DNA from: Cyanobacteria bacterium P01_F01_bin.150
Lineage (GTDB): Bacteria; Cyanobacteriota; Cyanobacteriia; CAKZMO01
Direction of reading: 5' to 3'
NCBI GenBank assembly: GCA_039189765.1
Contig: JBCCYL010000012.1
Location: forward strand, 42,798 to 106,797
DNA: 64,000 nucleotides
The notes below the pieces were generated by a model. That model was not told the DNA's origin, ran no database searches, and saw nothing but the letters and a program-made list of their open reading frames with translations. This document shows positions 18,384-28,939 of this stretch, in pieces. A program made the translations under genes and the position numbers. Every line of letters begins with the position of its first letter. Within the stretch, counting starts at the first letter, position 1.

Positions 18384-20700
18384 CTGTTACGACATCTCCA
18401 TTTTCAGTGATTACGCTGCCATTTTCAGTTACTGCATTTGCCGGAACGCTATTGGACCCAACACCCCATTCAAAGCCCCTAATTACAGAGCTAGTGAAAG
18501 ACCTAAACTCATACACGCTCCAGTCACTTGGGGCCTCGGGGACGCTGTCGCCTACCCACGCTATCGAGTTATCCCAGCCTGCCACAGTAAAGCTACTGGG
18601 GTTGATGATTTCCAGGTTGAAGTTAAGCCCTGCTGATATACCCACCAGGTTGATAGCGGTGACATTCTCCGTAAGGGTTAGGGTGTAGAGATTACTCTCA
18701 GTTAAGTCTATGCTCACCACTCCCGCACTACTAGTTAATGCTACAGGCTCAAACTTCTGCCCCTCAGTGAAGATCTGTGACTGATTGAGATAGGCAATAT
18801 TGGTGCCAGCGGATTCAGGGATGACCCTAAGATTACCGCTTGCTGTGCTGTGGTCTACGCTTGTGATCTGTGCGCCATCATAGACAGGGGCGATCGCTAT
18901 CTCGTAGCTTTCAGCAACCAAACTGCTACTTCCGGCGATGGCGGTACTCGTGAATGAACCATGATCAAAAAGGCTAAACGAGGCATCAGAGCTAGAGTCA
19001 GGCAAAGTGCCAACAGTAGAGCCAATGCTGTTGATAGTGATTGTTTGCGGCGAGGTGCCGACAGCGGCGGTGAGCACTTCATAGACAATCCCTCCAAATC
19101 TGGCAAACACAACATAAGACGCTGCATTGAAGGGTGCAGCCTTGCTCCGTACCTGCTCATCAGGGTAATCAGCTCTGACTGTTGTGGGGTGGTCGATGGT
19201 GACCTGTATTTGTTGCCCATTCCCAGAAATAGTAATCGGATTTGACCAATCAGAAGCGGTGTATCGCCCTGACGCTGGCCCTAACCCGGTGCCAATCACT
19301 GCCCGTTGCACTTCGCCAGATTCTACTGATCCGGTGCGAACGTTGACCTGGTTAAGTGCTGTGTTTACAGCCACCAATTGATTGTCGGTGGAACTAGAAA
19401 TGTTGTTTATATCCTGGGCTACGCTGCTAAATGCTAGATGACCCTGAAATGTGGTCTCATCTAACGATTGAATCGCACCGGAGCTGATAGTGGCTTTTGC
19501 CGTGCCTACCGAGGGCAATACGATTCGCTTTTCGCCGACTGACGCAACACCCTCGCCCGATAATGCAGCAGTGGGCGATCGCTCTCCCAGTGGCGATTGA
19601 GCTTTAGCAAAGTATGTGAGTAAAGAGCCTTCAGTGAAGGTGCTGCTTAGCACAGATGCATCGACATTGAGCTGCACCCGATACAGAAATGCATTTCCGC
19701 TGTCAAGCTGTTCAGGAGTTGTGATGCCACCAAGGCCATCGAGCAATGGGCCAAGTGTTACGGGGTTCCCCACGCCTGCTCCGCTTGTATCGAGAGTGCC
19801 AGCGGACAGGTCAGTCTTGCCCAGGTAAGTAGCCGAAACTTTGCCTGATAACGCCGTGCTTACATCTGCTCCATTCTGACGAAATATAAAGGCGATCGAT
19901 GAGTTAACGGGCAATGATGACTGACCCGAAGGGACGACTACCGCCAGTATTGGCGCTTGATTGACTGGCTGGATAACGCCATTAAACAGATAGGGCGCAT
20001 TTTGTAGCACTACGTTAGACTCAATGCCCAGCGCTAACTGATTGATCGGCTTAGCGTAACCCTGCTGCCGAGTAGCTGTGGCACCTTGCGCAGTATCCGC
20101 CACATACGCAGAAAATCCAGTAAGGTGACTGACCCAAAAGCCTCCTCCGCTGGCAAAGTTTCCTGATGCGGCCAATGGATCGTATCTCCAGTACTCACCC
20201 ACGTTTTGGACATAACGGATCATGCCGAATATTGGCGCAGTGGGGAGAGCCGCACTATCGGTTACCGACTGAGAGAGGGCAATATCATCATCAGTGGATA
20301 GCTCGATCACGAGGGGCAGTGATAGATTTGCTCCTGTGCCAGGGTATGAGACGGCCCCGACTGTCGCAGCATCCTTGAACCTCACGCTTGCAAGAATTAC
20401 CGCAGTCGTCGGATCGTTGGTTAATGATGCTGCAATCTGTCCTTCCCAAGTGTCTTCACCAGCTAAGCGAGAACCCACGTCATAAGAAACTTGGATTTTA
20501 TCGCCAGCGTTGTAATTAACTAAAATACCTGCTTCAGCAGGAGTACTGCCACCATCTCCTAATTTGTTGTAGCCAATTTTGTTACGGGATTGGCCAAATA
20601 GATAAAGGCTCCCAGCACTAGTAAACGATCCTCCTGAAACGACGGTGACCGTTATATTAGGCGTTAGTTCTCTAATAGGTCCACTCTGAGCCTGGGCCAT
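18376..20700 (-). CDS. Tail fibre/tail-tip protein
   Basis: S/G/T-rich. The C-terminal VSIDLTESNLYTLTLTENVT...TVAGWDNSIAW domain is typical of fibre ends. Confidence 0.65.
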   Translation of the reverse strand: MAQAQSGPIRELTPNITVTVVSGGSFTSAGSLYLFGQSRNKIGYNKLGDGGSTPAEAGILVNYNAGDKIQVSYDVGSRLAGEDTWEGQIAASLTNDPTTAVILASVRFKDAATVGAVSYPGTGANLSLPLVIELSTDDDIALSQSVTDSAALPTAPIFGMIRYVQNVGEYWRYDPLAASGNFASGGGFWVSHLTGFSAYVADTAQGATATRQQGYAKPINQLALGIESNVVLQNAPYLFNGVIQPVNQAPILAVVVPSGQSSLPVNSSIAFIFRQNGADVSTALSGKVSATYLGKTDLSAGTLDTSGAGVGNPVTLGPLLDGLGGITTPEQLDSGNAFLYRVQLNVDASVLSSTFTEGSLLTYFAKAQSPLGERSPTAALSGEGVASVGEKRIVLPSVGTAKATISSGAIQSLDETTFQGHLAFSSVAQDINNISSSTDNQLVAVNTALNQVNVRTGSVESGEVQRAVIGTGLGPASGRYTASDWSNPITISGNGQQIQVTIDHPTTVRADYPDEQVRSKAAPFNAASYVVFARFGGIVYEVLTAAVGTSPQTITINSIGSTVGTLPDSSSDASFSLFDHGSFTSTAIAGSSSLVAESYEIAIAPVYDGAQITSVDHSTASGNLRVIPESAGTNIAYLNQSQIFTEGQKFEPVALTSSAGVVSIDLTESNLYTLTLTENVTAINLVGISAGLNFNLEIINPSSFTVAGWDNSIAWVGDSVPEAPSDWSVYEFRSFTSSVIRGFEWGVGSNSVPANAVTENGSVITENGDVVTDG

Positions 20701-20757
20701 GTAGGGTTGCGGTGTGGGTCAGTGGTAACCGTTCCCTAACTTTTTTTGATCAAAGAG

Positions 20758-20787
20758 TTGACACCACCCGTCACTTTACCCTACACT
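20758..20787 (+). promoter_or_regulatory. Sigma70-type promoter of the PcfJ-like operon
   Basis: TTGACA-N18-TACACT, followed by a leader hairpin (TCAGCGGGG/CCCCGCTGA) and AAAGGAG RBS. Confidence 0.7.
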
Positions 20788-20863
20788 TAAATCAAGTCAG
20801 CGGGGTTTAATTTCCACATCTCACCCCGCTGAGTGCCATAAGACACTAAAGGAGCTTAGCATA

Positions 20864-22672
20864 ATGTCTCTTCAAGCTATCGCCAACCGTCCGCAATCTC
20901 GTCAAGTTTTACGCTATCAAGCTGATAATGCAGATGCGTTACAGGAGGTGCGGGATTTCTTGGAGGGAGGATTGGTCTACAATCCTCTTCATTTGAGTAG
21001 TGATGAAGTATGCCAGATCCCTACATTGTCTGAAGAGGGACTAAAAAGCTTACTTGAAAGAAAAGCCACGTCATCCCGTTGGATTGGTTGGAAACTGTGG
21101 CGTCAGTCTAATGGGTGGGGCGAGTCAGAGTATCGATCCTTTGAGCAGTTGCTGGGGGACTGGAAAACTCGCTCTAACATCCTGCGTTGGATGCGGCAAA
21201 ACGAAGATCTGTGCTTTGAATGCGGATTGGCCGAGCGTAACTATGATTGCGGTGATCTCACCACTCATTTCTATCCTGATTCTCTAACAGGGATCGGGGT
21301 TGACGGGCCTCGCAGTGCTGAGGAGTTCTGTCAACTATACGTCACAGTCATGAATAAGCAACGGGTGTGGCATTCTTCGAAGCAAATCCCGTTCAGCCCC
21401 GTAGTTAATGTCGCTTGCTTCCCTAATTACAATCGGTTGCCATTGTGGGTTAAGCAGGGTCTTGTAAAGTATGCTCCCAACCATGCTCAAATTGGCGGCG
21501 ATCGCATCGGCAACATCTGGGAACTCCCCACAATGGTAAAAGCCTGGAAGTGGGGCAACTTCCCTAAGCTCATTGCTAAGAAAATCGGCAAGCTATCCGT
21601 CAAGTCTCGCTTAATAGCGGGTTTAGCGTGGGGCGCGGTCGATAGCGACTGGGAGAAAAAAGAAAAGGCTCGTGCTGAGATTGTTAATGATTTCTGGTTA
21701 TGGTTCCGAAAGTTATCTAATAGTTCAGTCATCGAATTGTTGGGTTATATCAATAGTCGTAACGACGACAACTATTGCGACTGCAATTTTCTTGCTACTT
21801 CTAAGCATGTCCGCATTTGTTTAGAAATTTTGCTGGATTTACCATATGAGGCATTGGCAGAAGAGTGGGAGCAGGGCGATCGCGACGAAAACGATTTCAA
21901 TCGGCCCAGTGACGAGCGTATCCTGGAAATAATCGCCTCGTCTGGCGATCCTAAGCAGACGTGTGAAATGCTTCTAGGATGCTCCGGCAAGGCTACAGTT
22001 TCAGCGTTTTTGAACTGCGCTCACTGGGATAAAGTAAAGTGGGCTGCGGCTCTAGCATACGGGAGTCCTGACTCTTGCCAAAAGATTCTTGCGCAATCTC
22101 CGCAGATTGCGTACCAAAGAGATGCCGTTGAGTTTCTCTTAACGCTACCGATGAGTGCCCGAATCCGACTTCTGGGCTGCACCACGTTCAAGTACCGAGA
22201 GCGGGAGTGCGAAATCACAGACGACCATGTTCGTGACACTGGCTATCTTTGGAGCAACATCCAGGACAAGCCGGAATTAGGTCGTGTTCGCAATTGGTTC
22301 TCTATTCACGAACAACTTAGCTCTGCGTTCGTTGAAGAACTACCTGATGAAGCTTTGCCCATCCCCCATGGATGGGAGCATTTAGATGGCCTATCTGCTG
22401 TGGATGGTTCTTGGAGTCTTGAATTCCCACGCAGAGTAGCGACTTTGAAACACTGGGGCAAAGCGCAAAAGAATTGCGTTGGTGGTTATGGTCCCGCCAT
22501 CAAGCAGGGGCGATCGGTTGTGTTTGCAGTTCGTGAGCAAGGGTTACTCACTCATACAGTTGAGTACTGTGGCAAGAGCTGTAATCAGTTCTATGGCTAT
22601 GGAAATGGTTACGCAGACACCCAAATTGAGCTATCTGTTAAGCACGCCATTCACCAAGCGATCGGGGCATAA
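20864..22672 (+). CDS. PcfJ-like domain protein
   Basis: C-terminal IHEQL...LKHWGKAQKNCVGGY...GRSVVFAVR...TVEY...QFYGYGN. Confidence 0.8.
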   Translation: MSLQAIANRPQSRQVLRYQADNADALQEVRDFLEGGLVYNPLHLSSDEVCQIPTLSEEGLKSLLERKATSSRWIGWKLWRQSNGWGESEYRSFEQLLGDWKTRSNILRWMRQNEDLCFECGLAERNYDCGDLTTHFYPDSLTGIGVDGPRSAEEFCQLYVTVMNKQRVWHSSKQIPFSPVVNVACFPNYNRLPLWVKQGLVKYAPNHAQIGGDRIGNIWELPTMVKAWKWGNFPKLIAKKIGKLSVKSRLIAGLAWGAVDSDWEKKEKARAEIVNDFWLWFRKLSNSSVIELLGYINSRNDDNYCDCNFLATSKHVRICLEILLDLPYEALAEEWEQGDRDENDFNRPSDERILEIIASSGDPKQTCEMLLGCSGKATVSAFLNCAHWDKVKWAAALAYGSPDSCQKILAQSPQIAYQRDAVEFLLTLPMSARIRLLGCTTFKYRERECEITDDHVRDTGYLWSNIQDKPELGRVRNWFSIHEQLSSAFVEELPDEALPIPHGWEHLDGLSAVDGSWSLEFPRRVATLKHWGKAQKNCVGGYGPAIKQGRSVVFAVREQGLLTHTVEYCGKSCNQFYGYGNGYADTQIELSVKHAIHQAIGA

Positions 22673-22738
22673 GTCGAAACGCCTCTACATGGGGCGTCTG
22701 TGGGATAGTCGTTCACCCACACTGATGAGATAGACGAT
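22673..22738 (+). ncRNA. Type II hammerhead ribozyme
   Basis: GUC-GAAA, stem III ACGCCUC/GGGGCGU, cleavage triplet GUC ending at 22698, stem I UGUGGG/CCCACA, core CUGAUGA at 22722-22728, stem II GAU/GUC. Confidence 0.9.
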
Positions 22739-22991
22739 GGATGTATTTTTAGAAATAGTAGCAGCTACCTTTTTTGCATGTTTGCTTACATCTTTAACAA
22801 CTTTAGCGTTAAAGGAAGTAGAAATATCAGTTGAGACTTTTGCTGCCAATGGACTGATAATAACTCTTGTTTTTTTGGGCTTAGAATTTTTTGAGATGAA
22901 TTCGCTAAGCTTCTGGCTGCAATCTTCGCTAGGGGGCTTTGCTGGCTTATTCGTTGCTTATTTAGTCAGGGGGAAAAAGAATGAATCATGA
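22737..22991 (+). CDS. Small three-TM membrane protein
   Basis: Three hydrophobic segments and a basic C-terminus. Confidence 0.65.
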   Translation: MDVFLEIVAATFFACLLTSLTTLALKEVEISVETFAANGLIITLVFLGLEFFEMNSLSFWLQSSLGGFAGLFVAYLVRGKKNES

Positions 22992-23391
22992 AGCCTTAGC
23001 GAAGGCAAGGCAATGGGGGCAACAGCAATATCCGAGATCTCCTATCCAACATCACGCAGCCTTCGCCAACTCCGTGGCTTACATGGTCACGGGTGCAAGT
23101 GGTGGTTATGGTGGTGCCTCAGTTAGGGAGCATGCAGTTAGTCATGCTGTTGGCTTGCATGGAGGAGGTGAGCGCACCACAGTCCAAGGGTTGAATGCTT
23201 TTATCCCTGGGAGTGGCCATATCCCCGCTGGGCAATGGGGCTTTGAAGAAGCGTGTCAATTCGCTAGGTCTATATGTTATGGCGAATTAACCGATCTACA
23301 CTTCTTTTGTTATCGATCGGAAAATTGCTTCGATGATGCTGCGGAGGATATCGAAGCGCTAAAAAAGTACTCAGCGATCGACCGCCAATAA
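22981..23391 (+). CDS. Hypothetical protein
   Basis: 136-aa ORF overlapping the upstream stop. Confidence 0.6.
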   Translation: MNHEALAKARQWGQQQYPRSPIQHHAAFANSVAYMVTGASGGYGGASVREHAVSHAVGLHGGGERTTVQGLNAFIPGSGHIPAGQWGFEEACQFARSICYGELTDLHFFCYRSENCFDDAAEDIEALKKYSAIDRQ

Positions 23392-23513
23392 GTAGAGGTT
23401 TTGGTCACATATGCGCTGTCAAAGGGTGCAACAAGAAGTTACGCAGTGATAACAGGACGGGTTACTGTTCTCGGTGCTATAAGAACCGACAGCCCAATTC
23501 AAAATACAGATAA

Positions 23514-23780
23514 ATGACTCACCTCACGATCACCACCTATCTACGTCAATATGCATCGGCTTTTAACCTGCACTGGGCTGAACCACTGGTGAACAAGGCT
23601 AGCGATGATGCCGTTTGTCTTGAATGGTGGCGAGGCGATCGCAAGCTCACTATTTATATTGAGGATGGCAAAGCTGAAGTGCTGCGAGTGTGGGGGACGA
23701 ACCCTGATACTGAGATGGCAAATGAGATAATCAGCACACTCAGCGAACTTGAGGCTCTGTGGGGCTGGTTAGTGGCATGA
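23514..23780 (+). CDS. Hypothetical protein
   Basis: VCLEWWRGDRKLTIYIE motif; last gene before the terminator. Confidence 0.6.
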   Translation: MTHLTITTYLRQYASAFNLHWAEPLVNKASDDAVCLEWWRGDRKLTIYIEDGKAEVLRVWGTNPDTEMANEIISTLSELEALWGWLVA

Positions 23781-23786
23781 ATACTG

Positions 23787-23830
23787 GAAACCCCGTTAGG
23801 CTTGTAGCTCCAACGGGGTTTCTTTTCTTA
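23787..23830 (+). terminator. Intrinsic terminator
   Basis: GAAACCCCGTT...AACGGGGTTTC stem followed by TTTTCTT. Confidence 0.8.
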
Positions 23831-24197
23831 TAAACCTGGATTCTATCTACTCCATCAAATAAATCGACTAGTTTGGCGACGAGCGATTTATTTGTTCCCA
23901 GTAGCAGGGGATGCCAGATCAAATGCACTACAAGAGTGCCTACAATTTAATGTTAAGTCTTCGAACCAGAATTGACAATAGTGTCATCTCTCCCAAAGCA
24001 AAAACTCAACCAACAAGGAAGGAATTGCAAGAGCTGTCAGGCCATCACGCCAACCTATCCATCATCAAATGAGGCTGAGGTATATTCACCGGACGCTAAG
24101 AAGCCAACGCCGATTCTTCTTGTTGACATTATAGCTTAGGTGGCGATCGCCAGTGCTATCATGACGCCAATCAAGCAACTACAAACTCGGTAACACT

Positions 24198-24455
24198 ATG
24201 ACCACATACCAGGAAATCAGCAATCTCGTAGGGCAGATGGTGACGTTGGCAGGCAGAGAAGCAATCGTAAAGCAATGGGCAGCAGAGCACCCAATGGCAA
24301 GGGAGTCCAAAGACGACAACCAAATTGCTGGCCCAATAGAGATGGAGGGCGACCCAAACGGTTGGTTCCGAGTATCCCTGACTCCTGACGGATATGGCCA
24401 ATGGTGGAGGCACGGAATGTTGATAAATCACATAGCCCAAAGCAAAGCCCCTTAA
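24198..24455 (+). CDS. Hypothetical protein
   Basis: 85-aa ORF downstream of a TGcTATCAT extended -10-like box. Confidence 0.5.
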   Translation: MTTYQEISNLVGQMVTLAGREAIVKQWAAEHPMARESKDDNQIAGPIEMEGDPNGWFRVSLTPDGYGQWWRHGMLINHIAQSKAP

Positions 24456-24638
24456 CCGAAGCCAAGGGGACGCACTGAACAAGCCATAGGCTGGGCATAA
24501 CTCCAGCTTTTCACAAATATTGTAGCGCATGAAAAAACTGCTCCGGGTACAAGCAGTTGAAAGGGTGTGTTCATTAAAAGAGGTATACTGCATCGTTAAC
24601 AGCAACAATTAAATGTTAGATCAAGCGCTCTTTCTGTG

Positions 24639-27236
24639 TCAATCCACATCCACCGCATCCAGGCTGACCTCACCACGCAGATCGATTTCCTTACCCCACG
24701 TAAGCTCGATCGGGCCTAGCCTAACTTGACCGTCTCCTACTATCTCAGGGCGAATATCCACACTTAACACACGATGACGCTCACCCTCATAAATAATCAC
24801 GTCTCCAACCTGGTAATAACGGTTAGGGGCAACCAACACGCCAGATCTCACTTTCACTGCCCGTGTATTAGCTATTGACGCGTCTATTTCGGCTGCTGCC
24901 AATGCTTCTGCCCTGCTAAACGTTGATGGGAAGCTCAGAGTGCCGTCAATTGGGTCTGAGCTAGGGTCTCTGCCGGAATTGGGGGTGTTTAGCAGGATAG
25001 TTTGGCTGTCGTCCTCGTCATCAGTGTCGAGTGTTGGGGTGCCAGTCTCCTGGTATATCTCCAGCCTCTCTGCTAGCGAGGGTTTGCCAGATAGCGTTTC
25101 TGTTACGGTGCCAGTATCGAGCACGTTTTTGAGGTTTTCTCCTTGAGCGGTACGGCGGTTAGTGATTACTTTGTATTGATCGTCTTCGGAACGGTAACGC
25201 GCTTCAGGGATGCCAATGAATGGATACACGATGACGGTCTCTATTTCCTCGGTGTAGTCGATGCCCGTGCTAACGTTTAGCCCTTCTACGTCCACGCTAA
25301 AATCAGTATTTGGCTGATTAAAACTCTGAGCCGCGATGGTTGCATTCCCATCGTCATCCACCACGATCGAATCTAAAGCTGATTTGCTGTATATGCTTTT
25401 GTGCGATCGCGTTTGTTTGCGAACATATTTGGGTATTGGATCTCCATCTGCTCTTGTTGGTAGGTTTGGATAATAGGGTTCCATCGATTCGATCTCGAAA
25501 TCAGTAACATCTACCTCTGTTACTTGAAAAGAGTCGTAAAGCGTTAGAGAATCCGCGTACGATTGCCTCAGCAGGGCCTGTCTAGTTGGGTCATTAGATG
25601 TAGCAAAATTGGCAAGTGAATGGAGCCTTAGTGATTCTCTCTCCGCTGTCTCTTGTTTGAATCTCCGCTGTGTTGTGATGCGTTTTACGATTCGAATCAA
25701 GTACCCGTCGGGGTTATACTCGTAATCTTCAAAGGAGTGATATACTTCGCCCCAGCCTTGAAGCCTATCTTGTAGTTCTGGGGCAGGGAATACAGTCCGT
25801 ACATTTGTTGTGCTGCCTGCGGTAAAAGTGCGGAACTCCACAAAGTCACTACACTTATAGCTATATCCAAAATGAGTCTCTTCTACTGATAGTGTTCGGC
25901 CATTCTGGATAACCTCACGGCGAAACGTTTCAACCGGACCACCCTGGTCGAAGTTGGCCGTAGGCATCGATCGATCTACGTTCGCAGGAGGCGTGTAAAC
26001 TACCGTTCCACCTGATTCAGATAAGGCAGAACCGGACAGTAAGACTACAACATTGTTGACTCGCCCATTTTCGTTGTCTTGCCCTTCCTCTTCAAAGGTA
26101 AGCTCACGGTTCTTGTATTCTTCAGCTAGCTTGCAGCCGTTCCACTCAGCTCCTGACAAGTTGTAGGCAATTGTGTATGGTGTGCTGGTGCCGTTGTCAT
26201 CGCCGTTCAGTATTTCGCTAGAGCTGAGATGATGAACGGCGGTATTGTTCCACTCACGGAACTCCAGTCCATCGGGGTTGCTCAGGAAGGCAAAAGCTTT
26301 TGCTGCCCGTGCTCGATTTAGCTCAGAAGACAACACAGTGGCATCGCGATCGCTTCGCCCTGCATCGATCCTGATGACCACATCTGGGCCAATAAAGTTA
26401 AATCCAGCGCGGGCGCACAGGTTGGAAAACGCAATCCGAGTAGCGCCTTCGTTGCTGTTACTGCTAGACAGTCGGATACCAGACGACGCTGAGCCGGGCA
26501 CGTTGGCGATCGCCCCACGATACAATACCTGTTCATCTAGCAGATGGTCGTGTGGACCCTGTAGCCCTACCGTAAACGTAGCTAGTCCATCAGTGTTGTG
26601 AGGGTTGCGGGAGCTAGATACCGTGGCCACGCCGTAAGCTTCACCTCGAAATTCAAAGGTCGTGCCCTCTTCTAAATCGCATGGGTCAAAATCTGCCTCA
26701 ACCATATCAAAATTCATCGAGCCAGTGGGAGACTGGCCAAGGCTATGGCTAAGCGTCACTACTCCATTGAGATTTAGCGTTTTCCACAACTGTGGAATTT
26801 CGCCTCGGTAGACATTAGAGTAGGTTACAGATTTGCCCTTCAGCAGAGCCGTGTAGCGAATTGACTCTCCTGGCTGCGGTGGTGAGCTTGTGCCGGGATA
26901 GATTGTGAGAACTTGAGTTGCAGCATCAAACGTAAAATGCCCTGGATGCCCCGCCCCCAGGGCATCCAGGGCATAGATAGCGCCGCCAATCGATAAGCGA
27001 CTGATGCCTTCTATAGTAAATCCTTCAGCAGTAACTGGCAACGTTACGGAAATTTCCTCAGAATATGTCGGTACGCTGACAATGCCCTGTTCCTCTGTAT
27101 CAGGATTCTCTAACTCCTGATATGCCGTACCCACCCCGCCGCCTTCCGCAGGGCCAACGACAATATTCAGTGGAGATCCGTACCCTGTAGACAACGATGC
27201 AGCGAACCCGATGCCAGTAGGGATAGTGAATGACAT
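24639..27236 (-). CDS. Baseplate hub/tail-tip-like protein
   Basis: 865 aa. The C-terminal NRYYQVGDVIIYEGERHRVLSVDI...IELTWG pattern is typical of hub proteins; GGGAAT box upstream. Confidence 0.6.
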   Translation of the reverse strand: MSFTIPTGIGFAASLSTGYGSPLNIVVGPAEGGGVGTAYQELENPDTEEQGIVSVPTYSEEISVTLPVTAEGFTIEGISRLSIGGAIYALDALGAGHPGHFTFDAATQVLTIYPGTSSPPQPGESIRYTALLKGKSVTYSNVYRGEIPQLWKTLNLNGVVTLSHSLGQSPTGSMNFDMVEADFDPCDLEEGTTFEFRGEAYGVATVSSSRNPHNTDGLATFTVGLQGPHDHLLDEQVLYRGAIANVPGSASSGIRLSSSNSNEGATRIAFSNLCARAGFNFIGPDVVIRIDAGRSDRDATVLSSELNRARAAKAFAFLSNPDGLEFREWNNTAVHHLSSSEILNGDDNGTSTPYTIAYNLSGAEWNGCKLAEEYKNRELTFEEEGQDNENGRVNNVVVLLSGSALSESGGTVVYTPPANVDRSMPTANFDQGGPVETFRREVIQNGRTLSVEETHFGYSYKCSDFVEFRTFTAGSTTNVRTVFPAPELQDRLQGWGEVYHSFEDYEYNPDGYLIRIVKRITTQRRFKQETAERESLRLHSLANFATSNDPTRQALLRQSYADSLTLYDSFQVTEVDVTDFEIESMEPYYPNLPTRADGDPIPKYVRKQTRSHKSIYSKSALDSIVVDDDGNATIAAQSFNQPNTDFSVDVEGLNVSTGIDYTEEIETVIVYPFIGIPEARYRSEDDQYKVITNRRTAQGENLKNVLDTGTVTETLSGKPSLAERLEIYQETGTPTLDTDDEDDSQTILLNTPNSGRDPSSDPIDGTLSFPSTFSRAEALAAAEIDASIANTRAVKVRSGVLVAPNRYYQVGDVIIYEGERHRVLSVDIRPEIVGDGQVRLGPIELTWGKEIDLRGEVSLDAVDVD

Positions 27237-27403
27237 ATCAGTAGTGGGATTAGGGAAAGTCGCAAATACACAGTTGAGGAGGTGGCATGACGACCACTAA
27301 GAGTGCGACTGCCTGGACTATTCCCAAATATGTACAAATGAATAGATGTACAGCCTTTCATGCATTATGCTAGAGGCATACAGCCACGTATCCTCAGTAA
27401 CGC

Positions 27404-28180
27404 ATGAAAGACTTGACTAAAGCCGATCGCAATCGACGGATTGTGGTGGCTACTCTTAATTATTTCCATCAATGGATAAAAAGAGGTCGTAAAGATGATG
27501 ATCCACTTAGGCGGAGGATAATCGAAGAAAACATTGGCTTAGCAGGAAAAGCCGCAACCAAGTTATGCAGAGTCTCTCCTGTCCCCAAAGAGGACTTGTA
27601 TCAGGTTGCTGTCATCGGTCTTGACAAGGCGGTTCGACGGTTTGACCCAACAAAGGGAACCTCTTTTAGCCACTTTTCTAAGACATATACTGAAGGCGCA
27701 ATTAAGCAATATTTGAGGGACAAAGAAGGGGTGTTGGTCCGTACGCCGCGCAAAAATACAGACGAGATCACCACTCTTCCAAGTAAAGTAAAACGATTTA
27801 ACAAGGCTCATAAAACTAGCGTTCATGTTGATGAGGAAGGCATGGCTAACCTGAGGGGCTATTCATCTGAAGAGTACCGAGAGATGAGTCAGTCTACCCA
27901 CAGATCATCTATTGGATCGCTCGATGCATTTGAAAATTTTGAGGTGAGCTACGATGCCCCTAACTATTTAGAGGAAGCAGAGTATAGACAGCAGATGAGC
28001 AATGCGGTTCAATGGCATTTGTCTCAATTGGGCCACACTGGCAGGCTCATTCAAGAGCATTACCATCCTGATTTCGACCTATCCATCAGTGCCATTGCCA
28101 GCCGCCACAAACTTAAGCCGACTGAAGTTGAACAGAGGATAAAGGCTGGTTTGCAACAAATTAGGGAGGCGATCGCATAA
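27404..28180 (+). CDS. Sigma-70 family sigma factor (SigF/SigB-like)
   Basis: ENIGLA...EDLYQVAVIGLDKAVRRFDPTKGTSFSHF...GAIKQYLRD...VRTPR, SLD, and a C-terminal HTH. Confidence 0.93.
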   Translation: MKDLTKADRNRRIVVATLNYFHQWIKRGRKDDDPLRRRIIEENIGLAGKAATKLCRVSPVPKEDLYQVAVIGLDKAVRRFDPTKGTSFSHFSKTYTEGAIKQYLRDKEGVLVRTPRKNTDEITTLPSKVKRFNKAHKTSVHVDEEGMANLRGYSSEEYREMSQSTHRSSIGSLDAFENFEVSYDAPNYLEEAEYRQQMSNAVQWHLSQLGHTGRLIQEHYHPDFDLSISAIASRHKLKPTEVEQRIKAGLQQIREAIA

Positions 28181-28938
28181 TGACAAATTATGTTGTTGAA
28201 ACACCTTCTTTTACTCTTTCAGACCAAGAGCGATCACGACTTGATTTGTTGGAGGCGATGGTGGTTGAGTCTAGTCATAAGTTAGGCGCAGCTCTGTTCA
28301 CCATCCACAATGAAAAACTGTATCGAGAATACGGAACATGGGAGAGTTACTGTCTGCAACGGTTTAAATTTAGTCGATTCACCGTTGATAGACATCTTAG
28401 CGCATACAAGGAAGCTCAACTGCTTAGCAACTTTACAAAGCACACCGATGTGCAAGATAAAGTTGACCAGTTAGACCAAAAAAGTTTGTTAGCCAGCAAG
28501 AATTCAGGTCTAACTAGGGAGCAAAAAGAAAACGCTTTACTTGGCTCTGTTGGCCCCGATGGCAATGTTAACAACCAGGGTTTTCGAGATGGGCTAGATC
28601 AGCAGCGAAATCCTCAGGACTTGCAGAAGCTTGACAGAGTAAGGGTGCGAAGCGCCCACAATGTGATTGAAAGATATCGAGGGCGGCAGGGCTATATTAA
28701 AAGCATCTCTGGCAATGCATACACTGTAGTGCTTGACCCTACTGAATCAGAAGGTTCAGACACTGTAGTATTTATCGAGAGTGAGCTAGAGCTAATTAGC
28801 CGTGCTGACCCTGCATCTACCCCTAAGCGACCATCACAATCAGAAATGCTGGCCACGGCGATCGCACTACTCCAACGGGTGCGGGATGAAGGGGTGAGTG
28901 GTGTGTGTGAGGATATAGGTGAGTTTTTAAGGGGGTGA
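28180..28938 (+). CDS. Putative DNA-binding protein (DUF3102-like N-terminus plus KOW-like domain)
   Basis: LGAALFTIHNEKLYREYGTWESYCLQRF; DRVRV...YRGRQGYI. Confidence 0.55.
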   Translation: MTNYVVETPSFTLSDQERSRLDLLEAMVVESSHKLGAALFTIHNEKLYREYGTWESYCLQRFKFSRFTVDRHLSAYKEAQLLSNFTKHTDVQDKVDQLDQKSLLASKNSGLTREQKENALLGSVGPDGNVNNQGFRDGLDQQRNPQDLQKLDRVRVRSAHNVIERYRGRQGYIKSISGNAYTVVLDPTESEGSDTVVFIESELELISRADPASTPKRPSQSEMLATAIALLQRVRDEGVSGVCEDIGEFLRG

Positions 28939-28939
28939 G

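Noticed and set aside
23830..24190. Non-coding stretch as a possible ncRNA or origin
   Set aside because: No repeats or convincing stems; more likely a gene remnant plus a promoter.
24440..24510. GCAAAG-CCCCTT...AAGGGG-ACGCA resembles part of a c-di-GMP-I riboswitch, which is tempting given the GGDEF-EAL gene
   Set aside because: No GNRA tetraloop, no tetraloop-receptor stem, it overlaps a gene end, and there is no co-oriented downstream gene.
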